A stretch of DNA of 64,000 nt. Origin: Trichoplax adhaerens. Taxonomy: Eukaryota > Animalia > Placozoa. Shown one piece after another: positions 12,207 to 26,430 of the stretch. The first letter of the stretch is position 1. Each line of letters opens with the position of its first letter. The position numbers and the translations under genes are program-made. The notes under the pieces were generated by a model. That model was not told where the DNA came from and did no database searches. It saw nothing but the letters and a program-made list of their open reading frames with translations. The stretch covers positions 758,469 to 822,468 of the forward strand of contig NW_002060960.1 in assembly GCF_000150275.1 (NCBI RefSeq), read 5' to 3'.

Positions 12207-15200
12207 ATGGCGTTATTTCTAAGGATTTGCCTATTGCTTGTACTGGGCGTTGCTGGGATATCTTGTAAGTAATATTCATTTCGTAATTTGACATAGTCAA
12301 GTTAAAAAATTCATACAATCTTTTAAAATTCACTGCCAAGTTGGTAGCAGTGCAAGCGAACCAAAACTCAAACCAATGCCATGTTCAATGGAATAGTTAT
12401 TATTAAAATGCTATTGATTAATTGAATGTTTTTAATGTTCTATGCCCAAGAACCATTCTTATTTTACTACGTTTTGACTTGGATTGAGTAGAGAATAGTT
12501 GAAACGATAGGGTTCAGTGATGCTTGTAATCTTGTCAAGTTCAAGTGAAAGGGGTCGGGTCATCTCTCGCTAAACTCTAGTCAGTTTCAGCCTTGCCTCA
12601 TCTTGACAGTTGTTGGCATGAAATTAAGTTAGATGGCGTAAAATTGCATCAACTAAATTAATATCATAACATAGCGACAAACAGCCATAGTTGTCGTTTA
12701 ATGAAGAAATGTTCATTGATGGTAATTAGGCCTTCTCAACTTGATCCAATTTCTTCCATGGTGGTTCGTATGAAAATGAATCGAAGGTTTAAATTGTGTT
12801 GACCAAATTCATATCATAACGTACTGATAAAACAGCCGATCGTTGTAAAAGAAATATTCATTGATGATAAGGGTCTCAACTGGGCCTCTAGCTTTCTCCA
12901 CTGGATGTAATTTCTTTTCACCAACATTTTCTACAACTCATTACTGTACATACTCGATTCCTAATCTAACGCCAACATGATTTGGGAAATGACTACAACG
13001 ACTACTGAATACTCTTAACATTGCAACTGTTAATTCACGTTTAATTTCCAAACTAATGTTAATGTTACTATTCAATCTGTGGTAAGTATGATAAGTCTGA
13101 ATTTTTCATCCAACAGCGATTGGAAACGTAACGGTTGTTACTCCACTTTACACTGTACAGCACACTGGTGTACAGTACAGTACATGAACGCATAACGGTA
13201 GCGCATAGTATACTATGGAGTATGGCATAGAACCGGTGTTTAAGAGGCTAGCTAATGAACCAGCATAAAAAAATCAAAATTTATAATTAGATGTTATTTT
13301 TCACTCAAGCTCATTAGTGATTCGAAAATGCTTTAACGCTGTCAACGAAATTGACCATTAGCCTTATTCAGTTCACGATATACTGCACTTTACTGTTTTG
13401 GTAGTAGATTTTTAATACGGAAACGGATAGCTATAACAGATAGAATTGCTAAGGGTGACTAGGTACCCGTGCACCGTACACTTTATTAATAATGAAGCCA
13501 TCCAAGGTTTACCGATCGACCGTAGCAAGGGTAGCTTATCAAGCTCCGTATGAGCGTCACTAGCGCTATACAGTAGTCAAGCTAATATCGAGCAGACTAT
13601 AAAGAAAAGCACAAATCTTGATTTCTCCTCTCTCTCGATTATATCTTGGATAAGTAGTAACTTGCCAAGTAATCCAGAATAGAATATGACTAATGATAAT
13701 TGATTATAATTAATTATTCACTCTGTTTTGAGATTAATCTCAAAAGTTTGTCTACAATAATCAGGATCATACCTGTGTGCATAAGTTAGATAGTTTCTTT
13801 ACTCTTTCATCATTGATATCGTATTAATTTTGATCAAATCTTACTAACCAGAAATTATTAAGTATTTACATAGGCATTGATATTACTGCTATATGGAAAT
13901 ACGGTAGGCTAATTAAATTTGAGATTAATATTGTACCAGCATGCTGTGCTACTGGTGCCAAAAACCAAATATTTTTAAGAAAGGTACTATTTTAGAATGC
14001 TTGCAATCTCCGATTCAAGTTTATACGGTACAGTGTATCTCGTCGATAATGATGTGTAACTATGAGTCGATAAGAGTATAGCACAGTATACGGTCAAGAA
14101 ATTTCATTTATCATTATTCTGCCACTAGCGCTTTGCAATTAAAACAGTCTACATTAAAAAATTTTGTAACATGACTCTGTTCTTATCGACAATGAATACC
14201 TCGTATATTCTACAGTGATGGCTTTATTCCGCGAGCGAATATTAATTCGACAACTCAATAAGACTTGTTTGTGATTTGCATTAGCCTAATTGTCATGACT
14301 ACATATTTCTAAAAATTTTACTTTGAATTTGAAGTAACTCAACTAAAAATTGCGTAAATCTATCGGATGGGTATGTTTAATATTTTATTTGGAAGGAACA
14401 TGCTACACTTGAGTTCATGGTGGTTTATACATATCCATAAACATCGTTTACGCAAAGAATAGTAACTGAGTAACTCTCGTGATTATCTGCTAGTAGATAT
14501 AATGGATTTAAGAGGTGATTTTTCAAAGGGATTGGTTGTAGTGTAAGTAGTATAGTACAGACGACTAAAGACATAAAGAGAGCTTTGCAATATTTTGACA
14601 TTTCAGTACTATGATAATAGGGACTTATACGAGTATAAACGTACTACTGAGAATCCTAAAATGTAAATTAGCTCACGCACAGTAATGGTAAAGAAACCTC
14701 TATAGATTCTCTAAATTTATGCTGAGAATGTAACGGTAGCCATGTTGATATCTCAGCGGATGTGACAATATGCCCTATCTCTATGTACGATATTTTTCAA
14801 TATTTTAACCATAAACTATGGATAGATTCCATCAAAAGTTTTGATAGTGACGGTAGTAATCGACCTTGTTAAATCTATATTGCTCAAATCATTCCTTAAT
14901 CCTGACCTAGAGTCCTTTCTGTACTGTACTCTACAAGGGTATAGTACATTCGGCAAGGCTACTAGAAAAAGACCAGTAGTAGTCTATGGAAAGCCGTTGC
15001 ATACACTATGGCACAACCTCCATCGATAGCCATTACGCATCACTCAATGATGAAGACAATTTAGGGAAAGAAATGTAATATAAGCTTACTACAAAAAACG
15101 CCATTAGTCCAATGTCATTTTAGTAATAATTGTTGGGGGAATGTGGTTATATTTTTTTGTTATTTGGTACTGCTATTGATACAGCTTTCATGAAGAAAGT

Positions 15201-18200
15201 AATGACAAAAATAAAACTTTTAGATTTGGATATTTTTTCAGCTTTATATTTCACCTTACTTACCATCGTGTTCTTTTCTATTTATAATTGTAGGTCAAAT
15301 TGTGAACATTTCTCAAAGTAAGTCGACATATTCAGTAGTGGTATATTTATTTGCAATTGAAAGTTATTTCGACAATCAGCTAGAATAATTCACGTTTTAC
15401 TGACATTGTCTAATGATGCTATCGTAGCGTCAGAAATTGATCGGTCTTTTTATCCATTGTTAGCATATATGCTTTTCTTATAATCGATAACGTCTGTCGT
15501 CAGAATAAGTAACATTAATTATTCTATTTTAAATTTCAATTGTTCAAGTTTAATTGAAATTAGTACCGTATCAACTACAATAGCATAACTGTTAGTTTAG
15601 ACTTGAGTAATGACTCTGTAGGCTTAACCTATACTATAATTAAATTGGTTGCCTTGTAGATCTAATCTAATAGTTTCTCGATACGTTTGTAATACTTATT
15701 TTTAATAATGTGTATTAGCATTTTATATGCCGATAATAATTTTAATAGTAGAAACATTAGAATATTTGTTAGTATTTAACGGCTTCATGATTTACTCTTA
15801 TTGGGTTGATTGAGTAAAGGCAAGCTTGGAGAGACTGTAAACTGGTTATTATTTAGTTAAAGTAATAACGTTATAGTTTATATATAAATCACTGTCACAA
15901 CCCATATACTGTGAAAGTATGGAAAGAATTTTCTGTAGTTGCCATCGGTGCCTTTCTAAATGACAATCCAGTATAATTCGAAAATTTTCCTATGATAAAT
16001 AGCTCTTCTTGTAGCAGTATGACGTAGTTTAGTTAACTATTGGGCTGTTATATATAAACTTTTACTCTTCTGCAATTTATTTTGTCGATTGCAATGGTTA
16101 GCGATAATAACTTCATCCAGATTTTCTGTTCGTTTACTTCTAAATTACTGTACTGTACTTCCGTTAAAGTCTAGTGGATTGAGATGCGAGAGATTAAGCG
16201 TAGTTATGTTAATTTAAGGTAACTTACGAGGAACGTGAGTACGCTTATGCGGACTTATCTAACCTTATGGATTATATCTGTGAAATATTAGTACTGTTTT
16301 CAACGTGAATACGCTAAATATGAAATAGTAAATATATATTTTTTAGTGAAGCATTTCACAACTCCTCATAAATTAGGTATTTATTTAATTAAATTCTATC
16401 TCAATTCTGGTTGTACTTTACACTTTACACGATACATGCTGCCATAACTTCAGGAAGAGATTATCGATAATTTTAAATGATCGTTAAATGATGATGCAGA
16501 TGTGGAGTGGAAAGGTCATGTTACTGTAGGAGTAATAATCGGATACATTTACTAATTTGATCAATAGAATGCAATATGATTGGTCCGTTAACTAATTATT
16601 ACCACAAAGACTCTGATTTGAGTGGAATGATCGAATTGAATGGCAGTCGTTTCGTTAAACCGTGGTGTTTCTGGCATTTTCAGACAGGGTAGGTAATATT
16701 ATCGATTTCTGGTAGCAAAAATTCAAGTAGCCAATTTGTCATGTAATTGAACGACGGTCTAATATCTACATATATTGTTTTCAAAAAATAATGAGTATTT
16801 TCTGATTGTTCTTGCGCATTTATTAAACCAGGGAAAATATTATGCTGACTTTTTACTTGCGTGATCTGAAGTTACCGTCCAATTCATCGTTGGTAATTGC
16901 ATCGCAAACATCATCTAAATACGTTGTCTATAATAGCTTAAGTAACGGAATTTCAGAACCCGTGGAGTCGTTATTTACCAACAAATTTTACGTTAAATTT
17001 TACAACAATAACACACATAAGTATTACAGCCCTAAATTCAAGCTTCATTTTGGTCCTTATTTCGGTAAGTTTCTTAATATTTCTAAATTTACTTACGCTA
17101 TTAAATTAGGGAGATACTTTATTCAGATCTTATATTATACTATATTGATAGAGTGCAAATCTATAGTAGATATACTTTCGAACTGATGCCTATTACTATA
17201 ACATTTTTAGATATATAAGCTTTATTATTTTTCATTTTGGTGGTTGCTATTATTTAAATGTAGGTGATACTTGCTCGCATGCAACAACATTCCAATATTC
17301 ATCTGGGCGGATTAATAAGGGATATGGTTCTAATTTCCCTTACTGCGGCTGGACGATCAAGGTGCAGCCAAGTTACGGAATTACAGTCAAGTTTAATAAA
17401 ACTTCAATGATCGGCTTTCCTTCGAATACATTTGTTAAATTTGGTGTAACCATCCCTATCGGTAAATTTGATCGCAATGGATTGAATTAATACCAAATAA
17501 ATAATTCATTTTATAGTTACATAAATTCTGTAAATGCGTATTTGTAAGGCTAATCTCATTCGATGCAAATTATGCAATTACGAGTTTAATATGATGGTGC
17601 AATCAATATTGCAAGTCTTTGTAGATACCGTAGCTTATAAAGGTTTAAGCTTAATTCTGAAAATTTTTTCATGTTAAAGATGTTTAATTAGTGTGGCTAT
17701 TATTCCTTACAGATCTAAAGAAGTACGTCAATTATTTTGGCTCTGGTGATAGCATGCCTTATAACTTGAGTACGATATCTAACGTCGTTTGGATAGCTAT
17801 TACGAAATCGAACGGCATGCCGCCGCTAAGGAATACTACTCTTGCCTTCAGCTGGTTTTCAAAGCCTAAAACAAGTAAGTCAATCATTATTGATGCAGTT
17901 GAATTCTATTGACGTATGTCTGCGTTATAAAGAAAATCTTATAGGAAGATATATAATACCAGTTATGTTTGCTTAGGTTGGAGATTATAATGCATTTTAC
18001 CTAGAGTATTATTTTTTCATTTCTGACAGATATGACAAGTTATCCATCGTATATGGATCATCATGCAAATTTTGGTAAGTTGCAAAGAAAATGCATAAAA
18101 CTGATATAATTACATACTGATGTTGTTAATAAAATGTATCGGCGCAATGATTTTAGATCACCCCACTACTGTAGCAAATTGGGGTACTGTTATGAGTACC

Positions 18201-18651
18201 ACAACTCCCAAGAACAACAATCATTCAACAACATACTTTAGTTGGACTGTTTCTTTCGGATTATGTTTCGCTTCTTTCTTTCTTGTTATAACCGTCGTTT
18301 CATGGTATATTCGACAGCGGCGACTACAAGCTTTACAACAAAGTTCTATATCTTCGCGTCGTTTTTCTCGTGATCCGGTGTCTATGTCACGTCCTCCATC
18401 GACTGTAAATGAAGTAACAGGTAATTACGATCTATGCAATATTTATCACTAAAACGTAAAGTATACCATTAATTTATTCAGCTATACTATTGATAATGGT
18501 AACAGGTTAAAATAAATGGATGTAATAACTTATTTTATAATCTTTGTTGTATAGTTCCGCCGTCATATGAGGATTGCGTTCAAGCTAGAGGTGGCGCTTC
18601 AAAAGATCAGATAACTGGTGATGAGGCCTTGCCTGATATACAAACGTCAAA
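12207..18651 (+). CDS. Type I membrane protein: signal peptide, 2 CUB domains, Thr-rich stalk, TM helix, cytoplasmic PPSY motif; 3' end lost in the gap
   Basis: Phase-consistent GT-AG exons: 12207-12264 (MALFLRICLLLVLGVAGIS), 13874-13903 (optional), 15294-15317, 16610-16688 (SGMIELNGSRFVKPWCFWHF), 16832-17064, 17264-17461 (CSHATTFQYSSGRINKGYGSNFPYCGWTIKVQPSYGITVKF), 17713-17874, 18030-18074, 18157-18420 (TM WTVSFGLCFASFFLVITVVSWYI then RQRR), 18555 to gap (VPPSYEDCV). Confidence 0.8.
12640..12900 (+). repeat. Diverged direct tandem duplication, ~150-bp period, in intron 1 of the CUB gene
   Basis: aaattaatatcataac...aaacagcc...gaaatgttcattgat...tctcaact (12655-12741) recurs as aaattcatatcataac...aaacagcc...gaaatattcattgat...tctcaact (12805-12881). 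Confidence 0.7.
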
Positions 18652-19329
18652 NNNNNNNNNNNNNNNNNNNNNNNNNNNNNNNNNNNNNNNNNNNNNNNNN
18701 NNNNNNNNNNNNNNNNNNNNNNNNNNNNNNNNNNNNNNNNNNNNNNNNNNNNNNNNNNNNNNNNNNNNNNNNNNNNNNNNNNNNNNNNNNNNNNNNNNNN
18801 NNNNNNNNNNNNNNNNNNNNNNNNNNNNNNNNNNNNNNNNNNNNNNNNNNNNNNNNNNNNNNNNNNNNNNNNNNNNNNNNNNNNNNNNNNNNNNNNNNNN
18901 NNNNNNNNNNNNNNNNNNNNNNNNNNNNNNNNNNNNNNNNNNNNNNNNNNNNNNNNNNNNNNNNNNNNNNNNNNNNNNNNNNNNNNNNNNNNNNNNNNNN
19001 NNNNNNNNNNNNNNNNNNNNNNNNNNNNNNNNNNNNNNNNNNNNNNNNNNNNNNNNNNNNNNNNNNNNNNNNNNNNNNNNNNNNNNNNNNNNNNNNNNNN
19101 NNNNNNNNNNNNNNNNNNNNNNNNNNNNNNNNNNNNNNNNNNNNNNNNNNNNNNNNNNNNNNNNNNNNNNNNNNNNNNNNNNNNNNNNNNNNNNNNNNNN
19201 NNNNNNNNNNNNNNNNNNNNNNNNNNNNNNNNNNNNNNNNNNNNNNNNNNNNNNNNNNNNNNNNNNNNNNNNNNNNNNNNNNNNNNNNNNNNNNNNNNNN
19301 NNNNNNNNNNNNNNNNNNNNNNNNNNNNN
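18652..19329. other. Assembly gap (N run)
   Basis: Continuous n characters. Confidence 1.
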
Positions 19330-20069
19330 CGTTGGTTACTTTTATGGTTAATTCTATATTGGTCTTTGGCTTCATTAGAAATTACGGTAGTTTGCGTCCC
19401 CATGAGTGGAGATTTACGGGATTTATTTACAATAGCATAAGGCAGGTTAGCGCTTAGACCAACTGTATGATAACTATTTGACAAGTTGTTCTGTATAAGA
19501 ACGTATAAAATAAATGTAAATTAAATTAATTTGTGTCACATTTAGCTTTTTTATGTTGTAGTATTAGTCATCTACAATTGCTATGTTAACAGGCATATTT
19601 ACATTGCTAAACTCAAACCGACGCCCTAAAGTATTAAGCGTAATCACTGTTGATTGATTTATAAGGAATACTCCGCTAGTTTATTACTGCAATCAGTATG
19701 ATAGCGAATCTCCTATCTATAATTTTTGTACCGCTATTCATAGTGCATATAGGATGAGGTGAAAATCATTCTGATACTACTAGCATAAACGGCAATTTAG
19801 GAAATGTACAGTACAGTATATAGCAAGTTAGGCAAGTATGAAAAGGTTATTTTTATGCTTGAGAAATCACTATATATTCCGTTATCGGTCTCTGATTATA
19901 ATTATGCCGATAACGTAGTACTATACCCATCAGACAGTGGCAATGATCTAGTCTACATATCAGAACAAGCATAAAGAAGCCTTTTATATGTTTGTTTGGC
20001 AAACTTTTCAAGATTGGATCCTTAGTCTTTAGCCACAGGAGCTGTATACGCGTATCTGTAACAAAGCTG

Positions 20070-22700
20070 ATAGCATGAAGCAATTCATGTATTCGAGAAA
20101 TTACTCAAAATTCGATTATCAGCCCATGATGACAATCATCGTGATATTACTGTTTCGTACGGAAATCGAGGTTGTGCATGTATCTAAAGCTCAGGGTAAT
20201 TATAGAAACTATTTGTCTAATTACGAAATCACTCAAAATTCTATTATTAGTCCTTGGTCATAATCATTCTCATGTTGCTGATTCATAGTTTATAGTATCT
20301 TTGGCATTCCCTGTCATGATACAAGCTTGTATAATAATAAAGCTATTTGTATACCTGAGAAATTACTTGACATTTGATTGTCAGTCCATCATCATAACCA
20401 TTTCGTTCTTGCTCGTTCTTGTAACAATCTAGGAGATACATGTACTGTTCAAGGCAGGCATGAAGAGGTTATTTCTACCTACAAAATCCTTAAAATTTGA
20501 CTATCAGTCCTTGATCGCAATCATCCTGATATTGCTTCTTCTAATAGCTATGTAGGATTTGTTTATAAGGGCGAAGGGGGATGCAAAATGAGGCTGTTTC
20601 AGGGTATGAGAAGTTACTTAAATTCGATTATCAATCTTTAGTCACAATCATTCTCATACCGTTACATTCTATGTCAATATGAATTTGTATATTCTGATCA
20701 AGGTAAGCATGCAGAAGCCTTTTGTATTCACGAGAAATGACATAAAGTTCTACTGTCTATGCTTGCATCCCATGACTGTATTAAATCGGTATATCATCAT
20801 AAGAGCAGTTATGAAGAGGTTATTTCTATGTGTAATTCACTCAAATGCAATCGTCAGTCCTAGAGCACAATCATCCTAATGTTGCCAAGTCATATAACAA
20901 TATTGCTGTGGACTATCTTAAGTAAGAAAAATGTGAAGAAGCTATTTGTAGTACTAAGGAGTCACTCAAATTCTACTCGGACTCGGATCGTAGACATCTC
21001 CTTGTTGCTTGATCTCAACGTAGAGACGGGGTATGGACATTTAAGCAAGGAAGAACAGTCTACTTCTATGTATGGAAAGCTACTTCAAATTGAAATGTCG
21101 GTCCTTGGTCACAACTATCCTTATGTTGCTGGGTCATCATATAACAGTATTGATGCAGCTTATTAAGCGATCTAGGTAGATATGAATAGGCTATTTCTAT
21201 GCATAAGAATCACTCACAATTCAATCATACGCATACATGAGGAAGCTATCTGTATGTACATGAAGTCACTCAAAATCCGTTTTCCATCCTTGGTCATAAT
21301 CATCCTGATATTGTTGCATTGTATAATGCCATGGAAATTATTTACTGCGATCATGGCAGGTATATCCATTTATCCTATTTCTATGCTAAAGAAATCACTC
21401 ATAATTTGGCTGTCAGTCCATGATTTCAATCATCCTTTTAGGGAATACCTATAGAAATTAGGGTATGCATAAACGGGATATTTTTACGTATGTATAGAAA
21501 GCAACCAAAATTTCAATTGTCAGCCCGGGATCAAAATCATTCAGTTTACTACAACATATAGCAAGATTAATCTTGCCTATACTATTCAGAATATGCATGA
21601 ACATTATTGAGCAAGCAATTCGTAAGTATGAGAAGTCATTTCAATTCGATTGTCAGTTTTTGTTCACATTTATTCTCACATTGCTGCATAATATTACGAC
21701 ATTGGTACGGTGTACATTTGATTAGGAAAAGCCTAAAAGACCATTCCCATATACGAGAAGTCGATTAAGATTCGATCAGTCCTTAGCCACAATTAAACGA
21801 TGTTTCTGCATCTTAGAGCCGAATCGGAGTTATATATCAGTATCGGGGCAAGCATGAAGAGGTAATATCTCTGCATGAGAAATCATTCAAAATTCAGTTG
21901 TCAGTCCTTGATCATAGTCATACTGATACCACCGCATCATATAGCAACATTGATATAGTATATGACAATTAGACAAAATATGAAAAAACTACTTTGATTG
22001 ATGAAAAATCTTTCAAAATTTTATTATCAGTCCTTGATTATGATTTTCTAATATTGCTGCATCACCTAACAATATTGGTGTAGCCTATAATAATTGTAAT
22101 TAATCAGAGTAAATGTGAAAGGCCATTTTGATGCGTAAGATATTGCTTAAAATTTGCTTATTAGGTTGTGATGGTAAATTTTCCCAAGTTGCCACCTCAT
22201 ATAATAATAATATAGGAAAAGTGTACCATAATTTTGGCAAATATGAAAAGCCAGCATCTATACTCAAGAAACCCTTCAAAATTCGATTATTAGCTCCTTA
22301 TCACAATTAATCCCATGTTACGGCATGACATAGCAACATTGCTTCTGCTTATAATGATCAGTGTAAGTATAAAGAAGCTATTTCTATGGTTAAGAAGCCA
22401 CTCAAATTCAATTGTTAGTCCTTGATTTCCTCCATCCCGATGTTGCTACATTATACAAAAATCTAGAAAAATATAGACTGAAACTAGGATAGGATATAAA
22501 GAGACTATTTACATATATCGGAGATCACTTAAAATTCAATTAATGTTCTTTGATCACAGTCATTTCGATGTCATACTATCATATAGCAATATTGAATTTG
22601 CCTAGAATGGCTTAGGCAAACATGAAGAAGCAAAGTGTATGCTTAAGAAGTCACTCAAATTTCGGTGGTTAATCTGTTGTCATTATCATACCAACTTTAG
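20070..22700 (+). pseudogene. Decayed TPR tandem array, ~21-22 units of ~126 nt
   Basis: Recurring nucleotide unit ...aagtcactcaaaattcgattgtcagtccttggtcacaatcatcctgatgttgct... about every 126 bp. It translates piecewise as EEAIxMYEKSLKIRLSVLGHNHPDVAxSYNNIGxVY (e.g. HEAIHVFEKLLKIRLSAHDDNHRDITVSYGN at 20074; QVATSYNNNIGKVYHNFGKYEK at ~22185), with stops or frameshifts in nearly every unit. Confidence 0.9.
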
Positions 22701-24479
22701 TGCATCTATAGTGAAATGTGAAGATAATATAATTTTTATAGTTGTGTAATTATAGTTGAAATATTAAGTTTTCATATAATTAATTACTTCTATTCGTTTA
22801 ATTAAGTGTGAGTAAGATGTTCAAATTAAGTTTATGTTTCATCAATTCTACGGTTATCTTGCAGTTAAAGTAACATAGACAGCATTAAAATAAAGGTAAG
22901 GTTCGATACAGTTTAATTCTACCCATATGTTAAAGTTTCAATCAAAGCCAGTGGCTTCAAGATCAGAACTCATATAAGAATCTATTTATATTTTAAAGCA
23001 TCAATTCTCTAAATTATTCTACTAAATTAATATCGTTTGAAGAGTATCGTTGATATTTAAAGTTAGTAGCATAGATTAAAATCGAATAAATAACATAAAA
23101 ATACTACAGTCGCCATATAATGGGAGTTTAAGAGGATATTATTCCGTTATAGAATTGAACGAGTTGGTAGTTTACATATTTAAAGCATATTATTCTATCA
23201 AACTGCTATAGCAGTACTGGTAATTCATCAAAACCGTTAATAGAATATGCTCATTCCTATTAAATAGCATCAAATATTTATAGGTAAAAAAATTGCCGCT
23301 TCCACATCTGCCTTGCAGTTGAAATTAACCATACACAAGCTTAAATTTGAAAGTCCATATTGACACTATTTACTAATGTTGAAAGCAAAATTAAAAGAAT
23401 TTCATGAACAAAAGTGTTTGGTATTGAAGAGGATTTAACCTATGAAATAAAGCTTCGATTCCTAAGCACTATATTACTACTATCCATCGATGATTAAGCG
23501 TTTTAAGGATAGTAATATCGATTAAGATCTGCGGAATTGAATACCAGGATGAGAAAATAATAGTAAGGTAGAGAAATCATGACTACTGATTCAGCTAGAT
23601 GCTATCATTGATAAAAAGAATGTTTTTATCTTTTTCGGCTCAATTACCTTCCAGTCTACATAAGCAAAATGAATTATTTCAATAAATTTTCAACTAGTAA
23701 AAATTTCTTGATGGTCGATTTTGATGAATTATATGCTTCAAGTGTTGATAAAATATTATACAATCATTAATATTTTAATACTGCTCAAGATAAACAATAA
23801 TCTGCTTGATTTTGCAATCTCTCCTTCCGATCGATCGGATATCATTGGATAATTGGTTTAAATCCATATTACTGTCAATCTTTATAGTTAGAATAATATT
23901 TCTATACATATAAATTAATATTATTGTAAGTAAAGACACATTATCTGTATATCCGGACTAGGTTATTTGTATAGAGAGAAAGATTATAGGCATCGTTTTT
24001 CCAATCTATCTTTAGATAATAGATGATTGCATTCAGGCTTAGACCAGGTGATTGCTATGGACAATAATAGCCATATATTCAATTGAAAAGAACTTCCGTT
24101 TATCGTTGTCCATTCTCGTTATTGACATATTTTAGTTATCTATTTTAATAAATATTCAACTAGCAATAGACAATAAACCTTTGACCTATCCATTAGAACT
24201 ACTTGCGACTATTTAAGTTTTAGTCAACTTACGTCATGATCCGAAGAGCAATCGTTATTATCATTACTATTTTTCTAGTAGAAAGGTCAGAATGGCTTAG
24301 GAACAATAGTTAAGAATGTTATTAATTAAAATTGCCACTGTGAGTTAAAGTATTTAAATTAAAATTAAAATTAAACACGCAAGCGGTTGAGTTACTAATC
24401 ATCCTTTCTTCCGTGCTGGTTTGAAGATGATCTGCTCCAATCGTTGGTAACTGCCAAGTTGTTAACAATTATCACCACT

Positions 24480-26430
24480 AGCTCTGATTCTGATGAATAC
24501 TTTTGCCCTAGAGGAGTTCAATACGTGAAAAATCCTTTACATTGGAATTGAAAATCACCTTTTCCAACATTAATATACTGTCTTAACTCAATGAATTATT
24601 GATCGGTTAGATTTCGTAGTTGCAGTTGTTGATATGAATCATGAGTATTAATCTATACTCGATATTCATGTTAATCCATTTCTTCTTTTAATTTTCTTCC
24701 ACGATTTTGTTAGGTTAACTTTTACGAACTCAAATTTAGCCCTTAGCAATAGTCTATATGGATAGAATTTCATAATTATGGTAAGTAAATTGATCGGATA
24801 GAATTTGATATAAAAATTACTTTGATACTATGATTGGATACAGTAACATTATCAAGATAATCCACGATGGTGCTAGGCAATTTTAAGTTAAAATTGTGCT
24901 GGTATGCGGCCTCTTAGTCTCCCATCTAGGATATTATTATAACTATACTAGAGATCGCGATAACTTGATGATATTGGTATCATATTAATTGATATATCTC
25001 TTCAAAAGAAATGATTGAAAATAAAAGATTGATTTCAATCCATTTGCCCTTAATGATACAAGAAAGGGATTTATTCTTGTCTTGGTAACGCGTTTTTTTG
25101 ATTAAAAATGACTTTAATTTAACCATAGTAATAAATCGAAAGTGAGATCTGTAAACCTTAATTAGGTGCCAATATCATTTACTGTCGATAAGTATTTTGT
25201 TTTCGAACATGATGATATTATCGGTGATTCGGATTAGAATCATTAATTAATTTCCTGACAAGAACGCTATCAAATTTTGAAAGAAATCAAATCAGCAAAT
25301 AGTTTCTGAGTTCAATATGTGATATTGGATTATGCCAATGATAGAGTGTATATTTATGCATTAAAATGGCCTGAAATCGTATAGTTCATTCTTAACCTAA
25401 CTACAGTTTTTCGGTTATCGTTTTATGAAATTTCTTTAAAATCTAGCCTTAATATTAATGCCTGTTACTATGAACGAATTCTAGTATAGAAGAAAACAGA
25501 ATTAATGGTTATTGCTTGCATCCTATTTAGGAAATATAAGTTTCTTGCAGTCAGTAAACCGTACTGGATGATAGTAATTCAAGAAAGAAAGAGTAAAGTT
25601 ATAACTATCTTAGCCCATGCATTAAAGAACCAGTTATCGCTGATTTTAAGATTAAAGTAAATTTAATAATAAGAAAAATTTCTACTCGATATTATTATCC
25701 AAGTTATATAAAACACACCTAGTAAGAAGAAAGCAATAGCAGGAGCGAAAATGAAAAGCTGATTTTTCAACGTCAAAAGGAATAAAATTCTCTTCAAACT
25801 GTCTCCGATATTGGAGATTTGGAATAATTCAATGCAATTTTTTGTTATGAGTATTCCATAAGATATTATTAAATCTATAAAGTATCTTCAAAAGACTGGA
25901 GGTTCTAACCTATTGGACCGACTGATTATAATTTAAATCGATAAATCAGCTTTCGTAAATCAAACTGATTACTTGGATGCCTCGTGGAATTGACACTATC
26001 AATAACGATTTGGCAAACAAATTTTGTGGATATTTCTTGCAACATACCAGTGCGTATAATACCAAACTGTTAAAAGGATCAAACAAGGTTATAGGTCTTT
26101 ATTTATTTATTAAGGATAGGTTGATTTCCATCCACTAACTTGTTAATCTCATCAATAGCAATCTCTAATCGTTGATTGGCTAAAAGTTATATCCTATAAA
26201 ATCGATTTTAACAGCCAAATTAATTCAATAAAGAAGAAATAGATTAATACTTATTCTTGGTCTATGCGTAAGAAGTGAATGGAAGCTGTGCTTACGTAGT
26301 GATTTCTAAATATTGAAGAGTTTATTTACAATTAATGCAAACAGCCCCCAAATTTATTATTACTGGTTGTGTAATTGTAGAGGATTTAATGTTGTGAATA
26401 GAATTGAGAAAGTTGATTTCTGTTGAAGAA
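24480..26430 (+). pseudogene. Probable decayed leucine-rich-repeat coding remnants
   Basis: Short stop-bounded frames with extracellular-LRR wording: IGYSNIIKIIHDGA (24833), FGLESLINFLTRTLSNFERNQISK (25228), ILEIWNNSMQ (~25808), IDKSAFVNQTDYLDASWN (25937) and YWLCNC (~26361, LRRCT-like). Confidence 0.4.

Noticed and set aside
18585-19484. Four long ORFs full of X
   Set aside because: Artefacts of the N gap. Only 18555-18651 (+) is coding, as part of the CUB gene.
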